From contig CM035352.1 of NCBI GenBank assembly GCA_020137815.1, positions 620,001 to 684,000 on the forward strand: a stretch of 64,000 nt of DNA, given 5' to 3'. Position 1 is the first letter of the stretch; every line of letters starts with the position of its first letter. The notes below the pieces were generated by a model, which saw only the letters and a program-made list of their open reading frames with translations, made no database searches and had not been told where the DNA came from. The stretch comes from Hormiphora californensis (taxonomy: Eukaryota; Animalia; Ctenophora). Below are positions 58,455 to 64,000 of the stretch, piece by piece. Made by a program: the position numbers and the translations under genes.

Positions 58455-60129
58455 CTCTCGCTCTCTCTCTCTCTCTCCTCGGCCTCCTCCACATCTCCCA
58501 CTCACACCATCTCTCTCTCACCCTGTCGGGTACTCTGTCGCCAGGGCTCTTGTCCCCATCCCCTTCTCTCCGTCTCCATCTCTCTCTCTCTTCCAAAGGT
58601 TTTGGCTCTCTTCTCCCTCATTATTGCCACTCCTTTCTCCGTTTGCACGTCACTCCTTACTCAATCCCGCCACTCATTTACGTCTCCATTCGCGCTAATC
58701 TTCCAACCGCACCTTCTCTTGTCCACGCAGTAATATAGGATGGGGGCCATGTCAAGGTTTCCCCTCCCCACCCTCCGTTTCCCAGGTTGGCTCACTGCCC
58801 CTGCGATCTCTTTAAAATTGGCTTTTTTCCTCTATAAGTCGTCGATTAATAATCTACATTCTTGTTTGTTTTACCAATTGGCCAAAATAAGAACTGTTTT
58901 GGGACCCAACTGCATTGCTTAAATTATAACTATTCATTTTGGGTTGTTGACGGTTTACTGTTTGTTTTAAAAAAATCATGGATTGGTTTTTCCCAATGGC
59001 CACCTTCATTTACGTGCCCGAACCCATATGATTTTATTCCTGTTGTACCCCGGTTTTTTTGGATCAAACCTAAATTGTATTTTTCTAAAGTAAATTTTCA
59101 ACCCCTAAATAATTCAGGACCTGGCAAAATCAAATGTCTTGCCCGCTTTTGTGCCCCTTCTCTCTCTCAAAGGATTTTGTGCTCTCTTCCCTCCCTCTAT
59201 TCAAGTTGTGCCCAGCCCGGATTGACTCAGTTTGTCACGGTCACCTAAACGCAGTTAACTCTCCCCCACACGTCTCCATTCACTCTAATCCCATCACCTC
59301 TCAGCAGCAGTAATAAAGGATGGGGGCCATGTCAAGATCTCAACCCTCCTCCTCCTCCTGTCTTGTTTGTCTGCCGGTAGGTTGTGATACGGGAAGTACG
59401 TGATATATTTATGTGACCCAACTTGGCGGATCTGCATTTAATATAGTAACATATCTGGCATTATGAATGGGGATTGTTCTCGATCGAGGATTAATAAAAC
59501 TTTGTTCGTGCTGATATATATATATATATCATACTATTATTAAAGCAAATAGGGAAATGATGGGTGATGGTTTTTTTACCAAATATGGCACAAAATTCCT
59601 GGAAATGGCCATTTGCACGTGTTGTCCCTAGAGGGACCCTGGCAACCTGCCAGCTTGAGCCTTAAACTGCACGTGCATCCTTGATTCATCTCTCTGCCGG
59701 TTGCGTGATTGATCGTTTGCTCGATTTAATCTGTTCACCCCCTGTTCACCACGTTTCGTGAACATGACTACTCAATTTCAACACAATCGCCAGCGAGTTT
59801 GGAGGAGCCATATGTCCCAAACTGGCGCTGACGCCTATAGACTACGTGATAGAATCCTACAAAAGAGGTGATTATTATTCAAAAAAATGTTGTCAACATA
59901 CGTAATAACAAAGTATCAATGGCACTAATAAGAAATGGCAGTAATACGTGAAAGTATTTTGCAAATGTGCTCCTTCATAAAATACTTCAGGACCTGGCAA
60001 AAAAGGACCCGTGGTTTTTCTGTCGAAAGAATCGCTGTGGTTAATTTACCTGATAAATTTACTGATTTTAAAAATTTCAAATGATACTACACTATTTGCT
60101 TAGTTTACTGTATGACCATTGACCATCCC

Positions 60130-60164
60130 CGACATTCGCCCGTAGGGCGAGCGGGCTTACTAGT
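60130..60164 (+). mobile_element. Possible Helitron 3' terminus
   Basis: Hairpin TCGCCC-GTA-GGGCGA followed about 8 nt later by CTAG|T; the 5' end was not located. Confidence 0.35.
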
Positions 60165-61208
60165 ATAGACAATAATAATAAGCCTGTTTGCAACCACACC
60201 CATATATTTTGTTACTTAGTAAAAGTGCCCTATTGGGAGTGCCTTTCCTTAGAAACTAGTCAATTCGTGGTAGATAGTTACCCTGCCGCACAACAGGGTA
60301 TAATGTGCATAAGGAGGAAAACCTAACAACCTTTGCTACCCCCCCCCCCCCCCCCCGATTTACTATAGGCCAAGCCCGGGTAGGACAGGGAAGTAAGAAG
60401 CTTCTACATAGGCTCATAAATATTTCCAGGACAGGTTAATGTAATATAACGATTATATTAGTAAATCCCTTTTCTCTATGGCTACCTATATTCCAATATA
60501 TTCTCAAATAATATAGCCTATTGGTATACCATTTCCAGTTTTTGGGTAGGGAGAGTATTATAATAATGCTCTCCCTTTCAGTGTCCCGATTTATTGATAC
60601 AGTGGTAGTTACTGCAGCACTATATGTTTTCTGGTAGTCCCTCTCTCTTTCTCACCCATAACCCACCTGCAGCGCACACCCCTACAATCGCTTTACTCCC
60701 CTTATTGGCTTTTCCTAGCTTGTAACCCCCTTTTAGTCATGTGACCCCATCAGAACATCCTTCTTCTTTCTCTCTGACCCTTTCTCAGTTTCTCTGTGTC
60801 TTTCCTTCTCTCAATCTTCCATTTTCTCCTTTTAACTCCCTTTGTCTCTGTGTGTGTGTGTGAACACCCCTTCAGAAAGGTAATTTTACTTTCCTTGTAC
60901 TATCCCACAGTGAGAGAGTTGAGTAGGACTTAACAACAGTGAGAGAAAAAGATAGAGAGAGAGAGATAGAGAGAGAGAGATAGAGATAGAGAGCGATAGC
61001 GAGATAGAGAGACCGGGATAGAGAGCTCGCTCGCTTCTCTCGCTCTCTCTCTCTCTTCGTCATTCTTCGCTCTCTGCTTCTCTCCCTCTCTCTTCCCCTC
61101 GCTTCTCTCCTCTCTGCTCTCTCTCTCTCTCTTCTTTTCTCTCTCTCTTCTCTCTCGCTCTCCTCTCTCCTCTCTCTCTCCTCTCTCTCTCTTCCTCTCC
61201 TCCGCGCG

Positions 61209-61239
<31 letters not shown>

Positions 61240-64000
61240 TCTCTCTCGCTCGCTCTCTCCTCTCTTCGCTCTCTCTCTTCCCTTCTCTCTCCTCTTTGCC
61301 CTCTGGGTCCGCCCCCCTTTCGGCTTGCCCTTTTTTTCTCTCTCTGCTTCCTTTCTTTCCCCCTCATCTTTCTTTTGTTTCGCATACTTACCTTTTTTTA
61401 GGATCATTTCTAGGCCTTTTCTCTCAATCTTTTTTTCCTTTTTTTTGCCATTCTACTCCTAACAAATGCCTTTCTAAAAAGCCTTTGGCCTCGCACCCTG
61501 TCCCCGCTATCGTTCTTTTGGGTTTTGAATTCCACTAAACAGTTGGATCATCTGTGGTTCTTTTTTTCCTTCCCAAATAACCCCGATTTTAAATTAGTAT
61601 AATTTTTTGGCCCCCTTGTTGGCTTTTTTATCTTTTCCAACACCAAACGATTCCTTTTCCCTGCTAACTCCCTTAAAAATACCTTATCTTATATTTGAAG
61701 GCACGTTTTGTGAGCAACAACCAGACAAACCCACCTTACTTAATTATCTCTTTGGGGTCGTTGGGGGAAAAAATGATTTTAAATAAGGTACGTGTTCAAA
61801 TCGTCGTAGAATTTAATATTTCATTCCCAAATACTATACCATGGTTTTATTTTTAAAAAATTTTTCCCCCCCGGGAATTTTGGAAAAAAACCCCCCAAAA
61901 CTTTTCCCTGGGAAAGGGGGGGTCGATTGAAAAAATCCCTTTTTTGGGGTTTTAAAAAATTAGAAGGGATTTCGACGAGAAGGTTATTAAAACTTGTTTG
62001 TGCTGTTTGAAACCCACACCCTATATTTTGTTACTTAGTGAAGTGCCCTATTGGAGTGCCTTTCAGAAACTGGTCAATTCGTGTAGATAGTCCTTACCCT
62101 ACAAAGAGGAAACCAAACCTTTGCTACCCCCCACCCCCCTTCTTAGACCAATGCCGGGTTTACTCAGGAAGTAATAAGCTTACATGGATGCATAAATATT
62201 TCCAGGAGGTTATGTAATTAAAAATTATATTGACCCTTTCTTGGCTACCTTTATTCCAATATTCTCAATAAGTAGGCTGGGTATTACCATTTTTCCGCTT
62301 TGGGTGGGCCTTATATAATGCCCCTTCTTCCCATTTAACTTCTGGGTTCTCCTCACGTTTCTGTAGTCTTCTTTCTCCATCTCACAATCCCCTCAGCGCA
62401 CTCCCCTTTTCCTTTAACTTCCCTTACCTTTGTTCTGCTTGTAACCCCATTTAGTCATTATCCTCCTCAGACATCTCTTTTTTCTTCGACCCATTCATCT
62501 CTTGCCTTTCCTTCTCTCAAGCTTCCATTTTCTCTTTACACTCCTTTGTCCTTTGTTTAACACCTTCAAAGGTCTTTACTTTCCTGTACTATCCCCGTGA
62601 GGAATACGTGTCTGCACTGTGGAGGCTATAAGTTGATAGAACTTGTAGAATTGGCTACGCTCCCTTATCGGCAATTGTATGTAGAGTTTAGCTTTGCATA
62701 ATGTTCTATATCTTCTATTAAAATTGCATGCATAGACCCAGCCTCCTCTCTCGTTTCTCATTCACTGTTCGTCTGTGCTTCTGCTTCTCTCTGCTGCACT
62801 CTTTGTATTTCGCTAGTACTTCTTCTCTCCTCTTCTCATTCTGTTCGATGTCAATGTTTATTTGTATTGTTTCCATGCAACGCTAACACGAGCCTATCCC
62901 TTAAAAGCACCTCAATCTGTGCGTATTTACCAGTAATTCTCCGACTCCGCCCAAACTCTCCTCCTTTCGTCTTCTCCTTTCTCATATCTTTCTTACATCT
63001 CTCCCTTATTTCTCTCTCTTTCTTCAATCAACCCCCTTTATTGCCTTTTACAAATCCTTACCTATTTACTGTAAACCCCTCTATAAATTGTGTTGTCTTG
63101 TGTTTTTGGACGGCCAAAATCCGTTTGAAGATTGGCGTTGTTGGTTTGGTGATTTTTACCGAGTACAAAGTATTGCATGCAAGATATATCAATTATTCCA
63201 ACTATTTAAGAACGTTGTGTCACTAAACAACACCTTCTTATTAGTTTTTCAGGCTTGAAATAATTCATTAAACTCGGCTACTGGTAAATACGTTCGTACG
63301 CACTTTTAAAATATCCTTTCCCCAAATCTTCCATCTATAAATTTATTTAAAAGGTTTTGTAACCCCCCTCGCCCAAATTCTACCAGGGGGAGAAATCCTA
63401 AAGAACAAAAGCATTGCACGTTTTCCATGCGAGACTGCGAGAGGACCAAAACACTGATAACTAGAGGTAGATTTTGAAGCTGCTACGGCTTGGTATCGTT
63501 AACATCGCATTGTATCGCCGATATACCTGACCAACATCAAATTATCCCTCATGTGGGGGTTGGAGACGCATTATATGCTACATCTTGTTCTAGTGAAGAA
63601 AGAGAGGTGATATAAAAGCTTAGTATGGTGAAGAAGCAACCCAGAAAAGGTATACCAGAATAAAGTGTGTACTGTACAGGTAGTTGCTACTCAATATTTC
63701 AAACTGTGTTTTTTATTGATTGTACTTCATGTAATCTTTATTTGAGAAGATATGATCTTCCTTATCCTAGATGGCCATTATCTTTTTGTTAAATGTACTT
63801 GCTCAGGCTCTAGAACTAAAGTTTTAACTAAACCTACCTATCTTATCCGTAATTTACTAAACGTGTATTGTTTGACTTGGTGGCAGCAGTCACAACGAGT
63901 TTTTTTACCGCGCTTCACACGGGAGTTACAGTAAGGGTGACTGCGTCACCAATTGTTTGACCTGGTTATACAAGAAACTTACTTAAATCATGATCTGTCA

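Overview
Eukaryotic, intron-rich animal DNA, most likely from a ctenophore (inference from the innexin sequence and a match to the ctenophore spliced leader as I recall it). Positions 1-7.7 kb are a stack of nested transposons. It includes a CR1/L2-type LINE ORF2 open to the window edge, an older RT fragment split by a hAT MITE, and a CAC...GTG TIR element with a 4-bp TSD. The cargo of that TIR element is a spliced-leader-headed, ORF1-only LINE retrocopy, itself hit by two TA-flanked foldback elements. Positions ~9.4-30.2 kb hold a manually spliced multi-exon gene of unknown function. Its introns appear to contain a Cys-rich secreted gene, the complete RAD51 gene (which holds an antisense MATH-BTB gene) and an intronless PIM-like kinase. 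Then follow an innexin (-), an SLC25A33/36-like carrier (-) head-to-head with a TBK1/IKKe-like kinase (+), and a 9-Ig/3-FN3 Dscam-like receptor (+). The last ~6 kb are low-complexity and partly duplicated, and look like noisy assembly. Exon structures were read by eye from GT/AG sites and phase continuity and have no transcript support.
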